A DNA stretch of 64,000 bases from Octopus sinensis. Its lineage: Eukaryota. Below, one piece after another: positions 51,121 through 63,430 of the stretch; the stretch's first letter is position 1, and each line of letters opens with the position of its first letter. The notes under the pieces were generated by a model. That model searched no databases. It was given only the letters and a program-made list of their open reading frames with translations, and was not told the DNA's origin. The DNA is taken from positions 5,332,001-5,396,000 of the forward strand of contig NC_043011.1 in assembly GCF_006345805.1 (NCBI RefSeq), read 5' to 3'. The translations under genes and the position numbers were made by a program.

Positions 51121-51701
51121 TGATGTTGTCGTTGTTACTGTTACTGTGATGATGGGGTTGACATATATAAACATCTCTATTGCTGGCTTTAAGTAAATTG
51201 GATGATAACCGAATTTTATGAAGACTTCTTTTTTGAATATTTTGCCAACAGATTTTTGAAAAAAATATGTGTCCTTTCCGTATACTTTATACGGAATGGT
51301 TTGTAGTTGAAAATGTTTACATTATATTTTGTAAACATCTGTTTTCTTATGTTTCGATGTTTTAAACAATTGTGATAGCAACTAGAGGTACTAATTTCAA
51401 AAGCGAAAGCAGTGTAAGAATTTCGAGAAAGATTCTAATAGCTGTGAAAGCAAATGTACAGATTTAAAAATAAAAGAGAAATAGAAAAACAAAAATTCTA
51501 AGTAAACATGCGGATGTAATTACTGATACAGACACGACAGAGAAACACAGAAAAATATGACAATTCTACAAACGAATACATACGTAATGATAGACTTTCG
51601 TACTGCACAAGTAGCAAGGGAAAAAAATTAGCTGAGGCAGTAACAACAGCAGCTTTGCAAGTGTTAAAAGCTAAAGAGCAATATTTAAATATGAATTAAG
51701 T

Positions 51702-51900
51702 GGGTGAGCTAGCAGAATCGTTAGAAGACTGGGTGAAATATTTAGCGGCATTTTGTCCGTCTTTTCGTTCTGAATTCAAATTTCACCGGGGTCGACTTTG
51801 CTTTTCATCTTTTCTGGGTCGATAAAATAAGTACCACTTGAACACAGGGATCGATGTAATCGACCATCCCGTTCCCTTCAAAAGTGCTGGCTTTGAACCC
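51702..51900 (+). mobile_element. Diverged SINE family B
   Basis: Match to B head and middle. Confidence 0.7.
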
Positions 51901-52043
51901 TGCAACTGATCAATGTCCCTTTCAAGGAGAAATGCTGAGATCCTTATCATTATACGCCATGGAACCCTGGTACTCGGTCTCATAGGGTTCGAGACCATCG
52001 ATTGAAATGGAAGAATCTGGGAAAAGTTTTGTCAAAGGATTCT

Positions 52044-52460
52044 TATTTCTTTACTACCCACAAGGGGCTACACACAGAGGGGACAAACAAGGACAGACAA
52101 ACGGATTAAGTCGATTATATCGACCCCAGTGCGTAGCTGGTACTTATTTAATCGACCCCGAAAGGATGAAAGCAAAGTCGACCTTGGCTGAATTTGAACT
52201 CAGAACGTAACGGCAGACGAAATACCTATTTCTTTATTACCCACAAGGGGCTAAACATAGAGGGGACAAACAAGGACAGACAAAGGGATTAAGTCGATTA
52301 CATCGACCCCAGTGCGTAACTGGTACTTATTTAATCGACCCCGAAAGGATAACAGGCAAAGTCGACCTTGGCTGAATTTGAACTCAGAACGTAACGGCAG
52401 CCAAAATACCGCTAAGCATTTCGCCCGGCGTGCTAACGTTTCTGCCAGCTCGCCGCCTTA
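52044..52460 (-). mobile_element. Head-to-tail SINE B dimer inside one TSD
   Basis: TSD TCAAAGGATTCT at 52032-52043 and 52461-52472. Confidence 0.85.
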
Positions 52461-52767
52461 TCAAAGGATTCTGAATCGAAAGAAACCTTGGCAATGTGAA
52501 GTACAACGTTTTCCTTTGACATAGGTGGGACTTATGAAAGCGTGTATCCTAAAAATTGCGGAGGAAAACAAGGAGGGTTAGTCTGTCACACAACAGCTCA
52601 TAGGATGTCCCTGCAGCGCACGGGATGACATACATGAGAGGTGGTGAGAGACATCACCAATATCTCTCACAGGAACACGCAATGATGGTCTATTTGATAT
52701 CAGGAGAAGGTGCCGAATGTCGAGATGACAGTAAAAAATATGGGGTATAGTCGTTGGACATGTAGGA

Positions 52768-52803
52768 TTTGGGAATGTCAGGGTATACCCTGACATTCCC
52801 AAA
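52768..52803. repeat. Perfect 36-bp palindrome
   Basis: TTTGGGAATGTCAGGGTATACCCTGACATTCCCAAA equals its own reverse complement. Confidence 0.95.
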
Positions 52804-53353
52804 GACCACAAAACAATTCATCTCGAAACTGCTTCGAATTATGAATGACTAGAAAATTCCATAAACCTGGTGATGCAGGACGAAAAGCCTGAATGTTATA
52901 CGTTTGTAGGTAAGAAACACGTGAGAACTGTTTGTTTAGAGGTGTAGGAAAGAAAAATAAAGAGGTAAAGAGAGTAGTAATACAAGAAGCATCAACAGAG
53001 GATCCTAAAAGTTGATGCTTCCAAAGCTCAACCAATTCCACAAGCGGTTACAGTTTCAAGTATAGCGGAGGAAATCGCATCGTCCTTAGTGTCAGAAGCC
53101 GACAACCAGGGGCCACACCTGTCGACTACAATCAGAAGTACCAACTCTTTTGTAAGAATATGAAGGATCTGGAGAATAAGTAAGAGTAAATTGTCGGAAC
53201 GTGCGAAGATAAGTGCATCACCTTTTGGGATGTTATGAAGTCTGCTATGCTTTTTAATGCCTCATAATTGCAAACCAACAACTAACGAACTATTTTAGCG
53301 AAGTGTAAAACAAAAGGAAAGATAGAGGCAGATATAAGAGGAGAGAGGTTCGA

Positions 53354-53419
<66 letters not shown>

Positions 53420-53434
53420 TATTATTTTATTATT

Positions 53435-53986
53435 GAGTGAGGAGCAGTTCATGCCATCAAAGTGACACTGGGGTAAAATATACGAAGCCCAATATACCCA
53501 TCATGACTACCCGTCTGATAAAGGTACACCAGGCACATGCATCACAACCATATGTGCGCGACATGGTGATCTCATATCAAGATAAACAGCACATGACCTT
53601 GCAGGTGGGGCCCAGTTAGAATTTTCTTCAGGTTGAGTAGCCCATACCGCTCAAACGGTCCCTGAATAAGGGCTGTTTCAGGATGTTGAACGAAGCAGCC
53701 ATGTTTCCAGAGGTAAACTATTCAAACCCCAAAGAATCCCTCTCAACACATGGCTATGATGCTCCCCCGCTACTTCTGCTCGTGATCAGAGATGCCCATA
53801 TCGTCAGCCACTAAGGGACATGCTCAACTGGTTATGGTCAAACATCCGACAAGCAAAACTATGGTATTGAGCAGAATATTTGCTGTAGCCCATCTTTTTA
53901 TACCTAGACAAAACAATGTACATGATAACACTTCCAATCAGTTAAGATCAGAAGCCATGAGAGCCACTGCCTGGTACTGCATCAGG
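53435..53986. mobile_element. Non-coding (ATT)n-flanked element, copy 2 (longest)
   Basis: Matches 18135-18656; ATT tracts on both sides. Confidence 0.85.
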
Positions 53987-54064
53987 ATTATTATTATTGT
54001 TGTTGTTGTTGTTTTTGTTGCTGTTTTTGCACAGCTTCTAACGCTGGAGATGTACTACGGTGTT

Positions 54065-54088
54065 GTTGTTGCTATATTATTATTATTA

Positions 54089-54129
<41 letters not shown>

Positions 54130-54334
54130 ATTTATTATTATTATCTATTATTATTATTATTTATTATTATTATTATATGATTTTTTTATTATTATTATTA
54201 TTATTATTATCATTATTATTATTATTACGATTATTATTATTATTATTATTAATTATTATTATCATTATTATTATTATTACTATTATTATTTTATTATTAT
54301 TATTATATATTATTATCATTATTATTATTATTAC

Positions 54335-54372
<38 letters not shown>

Positions 54373-54390
54373 TATTATTATTATTATTAT
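54065..54390. repeat. Degenerate (ATT)n tract
   Basis: Direct reading. Confidence 0.9.
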
Positions 54391-54635
54391 ATGCATCTTA
54401 CATTATTTTACTTGTTTATTCATTTATGAGTGATTATTTTGTTTCGTTCATTTACTTGTACTTGTAAGCTTGATCCAATTCTTATATCTTTGCTTCATTA
54501 TCTAAGAAGATATTAATAGCTATTGTTTATTCTCTCCTCATAGTGACTTTGGCATATTTTTGTTAATCTAATTTCATATCAGGCTACCTGCCTAAACATT
54601 GTCTACTTATTTATCTTCAGCACAAAGATTGGCCG

Positions 54636-54703
<68 letters not shown>

Positions 54704-55043
54704 CATCTGTATATATATATATGTGCTAATTTATTCTGGTTATATAATGTCTTCCGCGAAGAGAAATTGAATGTAGGAAAAAAACACCTAAAAATATTTT
54801 TCTTGTAGGATTATGTCTTAATCTTGTAAATAATTCTGTTGTCAGAATTTGTATTTATTTGGATACGTTTCTTTTCTAGCTTGAATGGAATTCTTCAATA
54901 ACGAGGTATTTGCCTGATTTCTGCCATATCCCAGAATCCTGTTTCGTAACCATTTCACCATCTCTTGAACTTAGCGGTTTTAAATACATGGGGAAATGAA
55001 ATTGCGTTTAATGTGAAAAAGTGATTATCAGATGTCATTGTAT

Positions 55044-56302
55044 AAACGAAAACGCAGAATGATTACAGATAAAATGCTAATTCAGGGTTGGTCTAATGTT
55101 AAACAAGTTAAACAATAACAACTTTATTTCTTTACATAGAAATCAACATGTTGTTATTTCGTGCGTATATAATATGAATAAATACATAAATAATTCAGTA
55201 GTTATATAAGTCAATGCGTATTTAACTTCTAGCTAGTACTTCTCAATCGCTTTTGTTCAAACGTCTTTCTTTAGTCCCGGAGAATCATCAAGCACCCCGT
55301 TTCATCTTTTCGTGGTCATTAAAATGTGTACCAGTTGAACACTGGGGTCGATGTAATTGACTTACATTTTCCCCCCGAACATGCTCGCCTTGTTCCAAAA
55401 TTTGATATCAGTATCTATATTTACATAGGTATGGCTGTGTTGTCAAGAAATTCGCTTCGCAATCGTGTCATTCGGGAGTAAATCCCTCTGCGTGACACCT
55501 TAGGGAAGTATCTTTTGTTCTATCCACATGTTGACCAATTGATACCCTGTGGTTTGTTGATGTTGTACAGCCCCTATCAGGCTTGACCAACCAAGCAATA
55601 TTGCACGTAGGAAGTCTGCTGAACGGTGACACGCGATCCACAGAATCATTTTTGTGTAGTTCATGTTATAGTTATAAGTCGAAAATTATAGTTACAAGAA
55701 CAGTTCCTTGTTGTACTCCATTCGGGAAATTGCGAATACTTGGAAATATTGTTCTTGTACACTGCATACACTTGTCGGTTTGCTGATGGTGTGCTAGCCA
55801 GCATTTTGTGTTTTTTCTTAAGGTGGTGTTGAGCTTTTATTGTGCGAATGGAGTCGAAAACTTTACTAATGTTGATGGTAGTTAGGATGTGTTGAGTTAC
55901 GTTTTTGTTGATGTATCCATCGTGTATTTTGTGTATTAAGTTTGTGGATAATATGATGATTGAGTGTAAGGCGATGAGCTGGCAGAATCGTAAGCACACT
56001 GGGCGAAATGCTTAGCGGCATTCCGTCCGTCTTCACGTTCTGAGTTCAAATTCAGCTGAGGTCGACTTTGCTTTTCATCCTTTCGAGGTCGATAAAATAA
56101 GAACCAGTTGAGTACTGGTGTCGACTAACCCCTCCCCCCAAATCAACTTACCCTACTCCCCAGAATTACTGGCCTCGTACCAAAATTTGAAATCAAAGGC
56201 AGCGAGCTGGCAGAATATTTAGCGGAATTTCATCCGTGTGTCAAAATTTGAAACCAATATGATGGTTGAGAGTGGTGTACTAAATCCTGGTTGTGATTTA
56301 AT
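55044..56302 (+). repeat. Duplicated block, copy 2 (paralog of 1641-2249 joined to 4053-4715)
   Basis: Same LINE RT piece and same SINE B insertion with the same TSD; ~1.8 kb of copy 1 absent. Confidence 0.9.
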
Positions 56303-56319
56303 TTTAATAAAAATCAAGG

Positions 56320-58144
56320 GTGCCACTTATCCACTCGACATCATAGGGATCTGAAGTAGTCGGCAGTGTATCAGTAGTCCAGACACCCTGGGCCTGGGCT
56401 TCTCAGCTTTGAAGTTGTTATAGAAACATTTTTGTGACGTTTACTTTAGAATTTTAATAATTGCAAACCCTAATCATGAGTAAGAGAAAGAGTTATAAAA
56501 TAGGTTTTAAGTTGAAAGAGGTGAATTATACAGAAGAACATAGAAACAGATCTGCAGAAAGAGAGTTTTGTGAGAGGTGGTGAGAAGATGGAGGAAGCAG
56601 AAGGAACAGATTAAAGAAATGCCAAATTCGAAGGGAACGGCAAGGTTTGCTGTATCTCCATACCAAAATCTTGCAAAAGAATTGTGTGATTGGGTCGAAG
56701 ACCTCAGAAATAATGGTCTCACTGTAACCAGACTTTCAATAAGAACCAAAGCCCTCCAATTTGCTCCATATTGCGCAATTTAAATCTTCACCAGATTCAT
56801 GAATAGATATGGATTGACACTACGCAAAAAAAAACTTAAAAACTACCAAAAGATATTGATAAAAAATTTCATAATTTTACAAAATTAATTCTGAAGGAGC
56901 GTAAAATGTCTGAATTCATCATAGAAAATATTGGGAATATGGATGAAACCCCCATGTAATTCGATATGCCGGAAAACGCTGTTGTAAACAGAGTAGGAAA
57001 CAACATTATTACAGTAAAATCTACAGGGCATGATAAACAATATTTTACTGTAGTGCTAGCTTGTCAAGCTGATGAAAGAAAGCTTCGTCCAATGGTTATC
57101 TTCAAAAGAAAGAATATGCCGAAGGATTCCTTTCCACCAAAATGTATTGTGAAAATACATCCTAAGGGACGGGTAGACGAAAACTTAATAAATGTTTGGT
57201 TGGACGAAATTTTGGATGAAAAGACTAAGGGTCTGGCTCAATAACAGAAGTTTTTTTAAGTTGGAACATGTTTAACTCATATAGATGCGAGTCTGTGGAG
57301 GCTAAGTTGAAGGAATACCGAACAAGGCAGTCGTTGCTGGTGGCTGCACTTCACTTTTGAAGCCACTTGATGTTTCAGTAAATAAGTCCTTCAAGACTTG
57401 CATTCGAAAATTGTGGACGTCTTGAATGATATCTGGTGAAAAGGAATTTACTAAAGGTGGGTGATTGAAAAGAGCTGGATTGAGCTTAGTAGTAGAATGG
57501 GTGATGGAAGTATCCCCGAAGAACAAATTATCAAGACCTTCAAAAAATGTGACAGCTCAAATGCCATGGATGGCACTAAAGACGATGTACGAGGGTTTGG
57601 TTCAATCACGGAAAAGGCAGAAAATGACGATGGAGATGAACATACCACAACTGATGATGAGCTGAACGACCACTATGACATGACCACTGATGACTATACA
57701 GTAACTGATGAACAAGTGAAAAGAATGTTCGACAGTGATGGTGTCGAAGAAGAATTTGGGGCTTTCAATCCTGATGAAATTTGATAACTATATCTAAACC
57801 AATACACTTTTTTATGTAACATTTTTTTCTGTTCTGCTTGTAATTTTGTAATTTTCTGTTCTGTTTGTAATTTCTTGTTAAGTTGATACTTATAGATTTT
57901 TTTTTCTGTAGAGTTGATTTATAAATTAGGCTACTTTCATAAAGTCACTTCCGCAAAAATGTTTTAATATCTGTAAGCAAAGTTTTGAAATAAAAGTGAA
58001 TATTTGATATTATTTAACAAATATTAGTTATGGATACGTTAAAAAAGGCCATCTGTGAGTCAATCGCAAACACCTACTTTGACAACCCCAAACTAAGGGT
58101 GCGACCTGTCCAATGGTGCAACCTATCCACGAGTATATGCGGTA
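56320..58144 (+). pseudogene. pogo/Tigger-like DNA transposon remnant
   Basis: VRRWRKQKE, ELCDWVEDLR.NGL.VTR (CENP-B HTH), NMDETP, TGHDKQYFTVVLAC.AD..KL.PMVIFK; 3' end CACGAGTATATGCGGTA. Confidence 0.85.
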
Positions 58145-58639
58145 TGTGTTTCTCTTTTGTTTGGTAGGCACACAGTGTGACAGGTTTTTGTTGCTGTTGA
58201 TTTTGGTATTATTGGATTTAATCCTTTTACTTTGGCAGTACAAAGACCAAGGTACAAAGTGAATAATTTAAGCCCATAGTAATTGGGTGTGTCAACTATT
58301 TTTTTTTCAAAAGAATGTAGACAGGTGGTAAGTTTAGGCTAGTCTTGTCTTGTTGTTTAAGGTATTTTCTGTTTTCACTTGTAGGGTCTGAGTTATTTGT
58401 CAGGCATGTCATGGCTTTGTTAGTGTAGAAACTGTTTCAAATCTTTTTGTGAACATCGCAGACCGACGATGGTTTAGTTGAACGAGAGTTCGAAACCACT
58501 GTCAACAACATACTTATATAAGAATAATAAATAATATATTTGTACTCAGCAAAAGTATAGAGTAACCCATCAGATTAATGTAAAATTGTTTTTATTATAA
58601 CTCAACATTAAAAACAAACATTAATAAAACATACACACA

Positions 58640-59042
58640 GGCGTAGGAGTAGCGGTGTGGTAAGTAACTCGCTTACGAACCACATGGTTCCGGGTTCAGT
58701 CCCACTGCGCGGCACCTTGGGCAAGTGTCTTCTACTATAGCCTCGGGCCCAACCAAAGCCTTGTGAGTGGATTTGGTAGACGAAACTGAAAGAAGCCCGT
58801 CGTATTTATGTATATATATATGTGTGTGTGTGTGTTTGTATGTCTGTGTGTGTCCCCCCCCCCTAATCATCGCTTGACAACCGATGCGGGTGTGTTTACG
58901 TCCCAGTAACTTAGCGGTTCGGCAAAAGAGACCGATAGAATAAGTACTAGGCTTACAAAGAATAAGTCCTGGGGTCGATTTGTTTGACTAAAGGCGGTGC
59001 TCCAGCATGGCCACAGTCAACTGACTGAAACAAGTAAAGAGT
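58640..59042 (+). mobile_element. SINE family A
   Basis: Full match to A consensus. Confidence 0.9.
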
Positions 59043-59044
59043 AC

Positions 59045-59118
<74 letters not shown>

Positions 59119-59620
59119 GCGCACCCACGCACACGCATGCACACACACATACACACATATAGCTGGTTAAGATAGAAGATACGAGAGTTTTTATTAATCA
59201 CTTCAGTTGTTTCGACACATCGATCCATCGATCCATCACGGGTGGAATACTTAAAAACTGGTTCAGGGGCATCCGACGGTACAGGTGTATCTCTTCGAGT
59301 AATAAACAAATGCAATTCGTTAAAATAACAGTCCCGCAATGTGTCTTCTCTGTTCTTGTGGAGAAAAGCAGCAAATTAAAGGTCATAGCTTCAATAAAAT
59401 AACAGATATAAAAAAGAAACCAACCTGCAATAAAGTGAAAAATGTATTAAATATAACCGTTAACGGATACGGATGAATAGACGCCCTCGCGTAGCTTGTA
59501 TGATGCATGTACACTCGCTCATACAAATAGCCACGAAGATGTAATCACAGGTACACGCGTGGTTTGGCATAGATACGTTCACATAGCGAGTTAAATAGCT
59601 ACTTGGTGTTTATAAGAAGT

Positions 59621-59940
59621 GAAGGCGCGTGGCTTAGTGGTTAGGGCATTCGGCTCATGATCGTAAGATCGTGAGTTCAATTACTGGCGGCGCGTTGTGT
59701 CCTTGAGCAAGACACTTTATTTCACATTGCTCCAGTTCACTCAGCTGGCAAAAAATGAGTAGTACCTGTATTTCAAAGGGCCAGCCTTGTCACACTGTGT
59801 CACTCTGAATCTCCCCGAGAACTACGTTAGGGGTACACGTGTCTGTGGAGTGCTCAGCCACTTACACGTTAATTTCACGAGCAGGCTGTCCGTTGATCAT
59901 ATCAGCTGGGATCCTCGTCGTCGTAACCGACGGAGTGCTC
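59621..59940 (+). mobile_element. Chimeric SINE: family D head plus family C 3' half
   Basis: Distinct tRNA-like head and TGTGTCCTTGAGCAAGACAC segment, then from GTACCTGTATTTCAAAGGGCC onward matches family C. Confidence 0.8.
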
Positions 59941-59955
59941 CTATATTTATAAGAA

Positions 59956-60224
59956 AAGGCGGTGAGCTGGCAGAAACGTTAGCACGCCGGGTGAAATGCT
60001 TTGTGGTATTTCGTCTGCCGTTGCGTTCTGAGTTCAAATTCCGCCGAGGTCGACTTTGCCTTTCATCCTTTCGGGGTCGATTAAATAAGTATTAGTTACG
60101 CACTGGGGTCGATTAAATAAGTATTAGTTATGCACTGGGGTCGATATAATCGACTTAATCCGTTTGTCTGTCCTTGTTTATCCTCTCTGTGTTTAGCCCC
60201 TTGTGGGTAGTAAAGAAATAGGTA
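59956..60224 (+). mobile_element. SINE family B with internal ~32-bp tandem duplication
   Basis: GGGGTCGATTAAATAAGTATTAGTTA repeated twice. Confidence 0.85.
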
Positions 60225-60606
60225 TTTATAAGAATTCAGTTCATCCATAGCTTAAGGCGAAGTATGATAATTAATAAGGTTAACAGTTACTCAGATTCAT
60301 TCTTACTACATTGTGTGAAATGCATTTATATGCGTGTAAGCATCTTGAGAATTTTTAAGAAATTCTATTAATGATCTTCTCATTGGTCCACAAAATGGAC
60401 AAGGATTCCTCGGAGCAGAGTCGGCATCGCTTGGAAAACTATTGCATGGTTTTGCATGCCCGTGTACCGAGTTATGTTATATTTGAATTGATCTCCCTTC
60501 AGTCGCCACACAAATACATAACGAACACTACGAAAGTGACTGTGCTTTACCAGTAAGCTACCAGGTACAAGCCATTCGTTTCATATGATATATATATATA
60601 AATATA

Positions 60607-61045
60607 TACTCTTTTACTCTTTTATTCTTTTACTTGTTTCAGTCATTTGACTGCGGCCATGCTGGAGCACCGCCTTTAGTCGAGCAAATCGACCCCGAGA
60701 CTTATTCTTTGTAAGCCCAGTACTTATTCTATCGGTCACTTTTGCCGAAAGTTACGGGGACGTAGACACACACGCATCGGTTGTCAAGCAATGCTAGGGG
60801 GACAAACACAGACACACAAACATACACACACATACACATACACACATACACACACATACATATATATATACATATACATATATACGACAGGCTTCTTTCG
60901 GTTCCCGTCTACCAAATCCACTCACAAGGCTTTGGTCGGCCCGGGGCTATAGTAGAAGACACTTGCCCAAGGTGCCACGCAGTGGAACTGAACCCGGAAC
61001 CATGTGGCTGGTAAGCAAGCTACTTACCACACAGCCACTCCTGCG

Positions 61046-61047
<2 letters not shown>
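60607..61047 (-). mobile_element. SINE family A, full length
   Basis: Reverse complement of A consensus. Confidence 0.9.
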
Positions 61048-61144
<97 letters not shown>

Positions 61145-61154
61145 CATACACATA

Positions 61155-61244
<90 letters not shown>

Positions 61245-61345
61245 ATATGTATGTATGTATATATATATATATTTATATTTATATATATGCATATATACAT
61301 ACGTATATGTACATATTTACATCTATACGCATATATATATATGTA
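61048..61345. repeat. (TA)n/(CATA)n microsatellite
   Basis: Direct reading. Confidence 0.9.
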
Positions 61346-61983
61346 TATGTGGGCACAGGACGTCACGAAGCGTGTTCAACAAAAAGTACGAAGTACGAGT
61401 ACCTAGAATATGAACTATTTTTTCGAACAACGAAAGACACATATGGAAAACAAGACAAACAACATAAAGACCGGCCCTTCATCAGTTGTTGGCTGTTTTT
61501 CTACTCTCGTATTTCGAGCATTTAACAACAATATACGCTTTCGATAAAACAGTTGCTCCCGCAAAGCAAATTAAATATAATTTGGGATTTTGCGGAGGGT
61601 CAAAATTGGTAACACAAACAGGACAGTGAAAACAAACAGGAAGGGTTGCTAAGCCTAAACGAGGTTGAAGTGGCGAACGCGTAAATCAAGCATGGACAGG
61701 AGACAGACAAGAACACGTCTTCCTAGTTCCAGCTACAACGGAGAGAAAGAAAGAAACACAAGTTAGGAGAAGAAAGATGGTCAATGGACACGTGGGAGCC
61801 ACGTGAGCAAGGGAAGAGTGAGGGAGAGAGAGTGACAGAGTAGTAAGATAGAATAGTGGGAGAAGAGGGGATAAAAGAATAAGAGAGAGAAAGAAAGAAA
61901 AACGAAAGATGTGTGTACATATACGGATGTATATATGCATATATATATAGATATATACACACACACACATATATATTATATAC

Positions 61984-62053
<70 letters not shown>

Positions 62054-62886
62054 TATAAAAATTATATATAAAGAAACAAGAACGTGAAATACACAAAGGG
62101 ACGAACGCAGAAAACAGACGGGTCATTCGAAGCCTTTAATCTTCAGTCAGGAACCGGATCTTCATAGCAAATTTCGGCTGATTAATTCTGATATTTGCTC
62201 CGACGCGGCCAGCCCCAATGAAAAACTAAGCTGTGAGCATTAGATTTCTAGGAAAAAGAAACGAATGTAAACGCAACAAGATATATATATATACAATGTA
62301 TAATATTATATGATTGAACACCACGCATCCTCTTCCGAGTAAGTTTTATCTTAATAATTCTGATGCGCACTCTATACGACCTTTTTACTCTTTCTTTTTT
62401 CTCTCTTACCACACAGTCACGCCTGCGCCTATATACATATGTATATGCGTGTGTGTGCACATGCGCACGTACACGCCCACACGCCCACGCATACATATAG
62501 CGAGCTTCCACACCGTTTCTGTTTACCAATCTCACTCACATGCCATTGGTTGACCCAGTGTTACAGCAGAAGGAATGTGCCTGAGATAGCATGCAGTTGT
62601 TTCTTTCTCTCCAGATTACGTCACGCTTATGGAGGCGTCATATTTGTGATGAGAATATAGTAATAAAATGCATCTGTTATTATAGAGAAAGGAAACAAAA
62701 CATGTGTGACCTATGGCTCGGGTGGGGGTAAGGTAGATATTTAAGAGATTTTAGTCTTAACCTTGGCATGGTTTCTGAATAATCATTTCAGTGACTAACT
62801 GAGCGAGCAGTGTTTTTATTGAACACTTCTGTCAAAAGTTTTACGCATTATATCAAAAGTCAAACGTATGCATATTCCATTTAACT

Positions 62887-63167
62887 CCAGAGGTGAATTA
62901 TCCAAATCCCAAAGAATTCCTCTCAACACATGGCTATGATGCTCCCTCACTACTTCTACTTGTGATCAGAGATGCACATATCGTCAGCCCCCAAAGGACA
63001 TGCTCAACTGGTTATGGTCAAACAACTGACAAGCAAATCTGTGGTATTGAGCAGAATATTTGCTGTAGGCCATCTTTTATACCAAGACAAAACAATGTAC
63101 ATGATAACACTTCCAATCAGTTAAGATCAGAAGCCATGAGAACCACTGCCTGGTACTGCATCAGGGC
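62887..63167. mobile_element. Non-coding (ATT)n-flanked element, copy 3 (partial)
   Basis: Matches right half of 53435-53986, followed by (ATT)n. Confidence 0.85.
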
Positions 63168-63174
63168 ATTTATT

Positions 63175-63209
<35 letters not shown>

Positions 63210-63213
63210 TATT

Positions 63214-63430
63214 AAGGCGTCGAGTAGGCAGAATAGTTAGCACGCCGTGCGAAATGTTTAGCGGTATTTCGCCTGTCGCTACGTTCTGAGTTCGAGTTTC
63301 GTTGAGGCCGACTTTGCCTTTCATCCTTACGGTGTCGATTAATTAAGTACCAGTGAAAAAACTGAGGTCGATGTAATCGACACATCCCCTCCCCCAAAAT
63401 GACTACCCTTGTAGTAAAATTTGAAATAAT
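63214..63430 (+). mobile_element. Diverged SINE family B
   Basis: Match to B consensus. Confidence 0.7.

Noticed and set aside
51870-52030. Minus-strand exon-like DSSISIDGLEPYETEYQGSMAYNDKDLSISP*
   Set aside because: Frame continues across the SINE insertion into decayed LINE-like sequence (52470-53240); more likely TE debris
58458-58503. Plus-strand CCGACGA...GAAC-GAGA-GTTC-GAAACC
   Set aside because: Core mutated, no NUH site, stem geometry wrong
61400-62240. CTGATGA and CTGAAGA motifs on the minus strand in TA-flanked repeats
   Set aside because: Could not assemble consistent stems I-III in type I, II or III topology; probably an unclassified repeat
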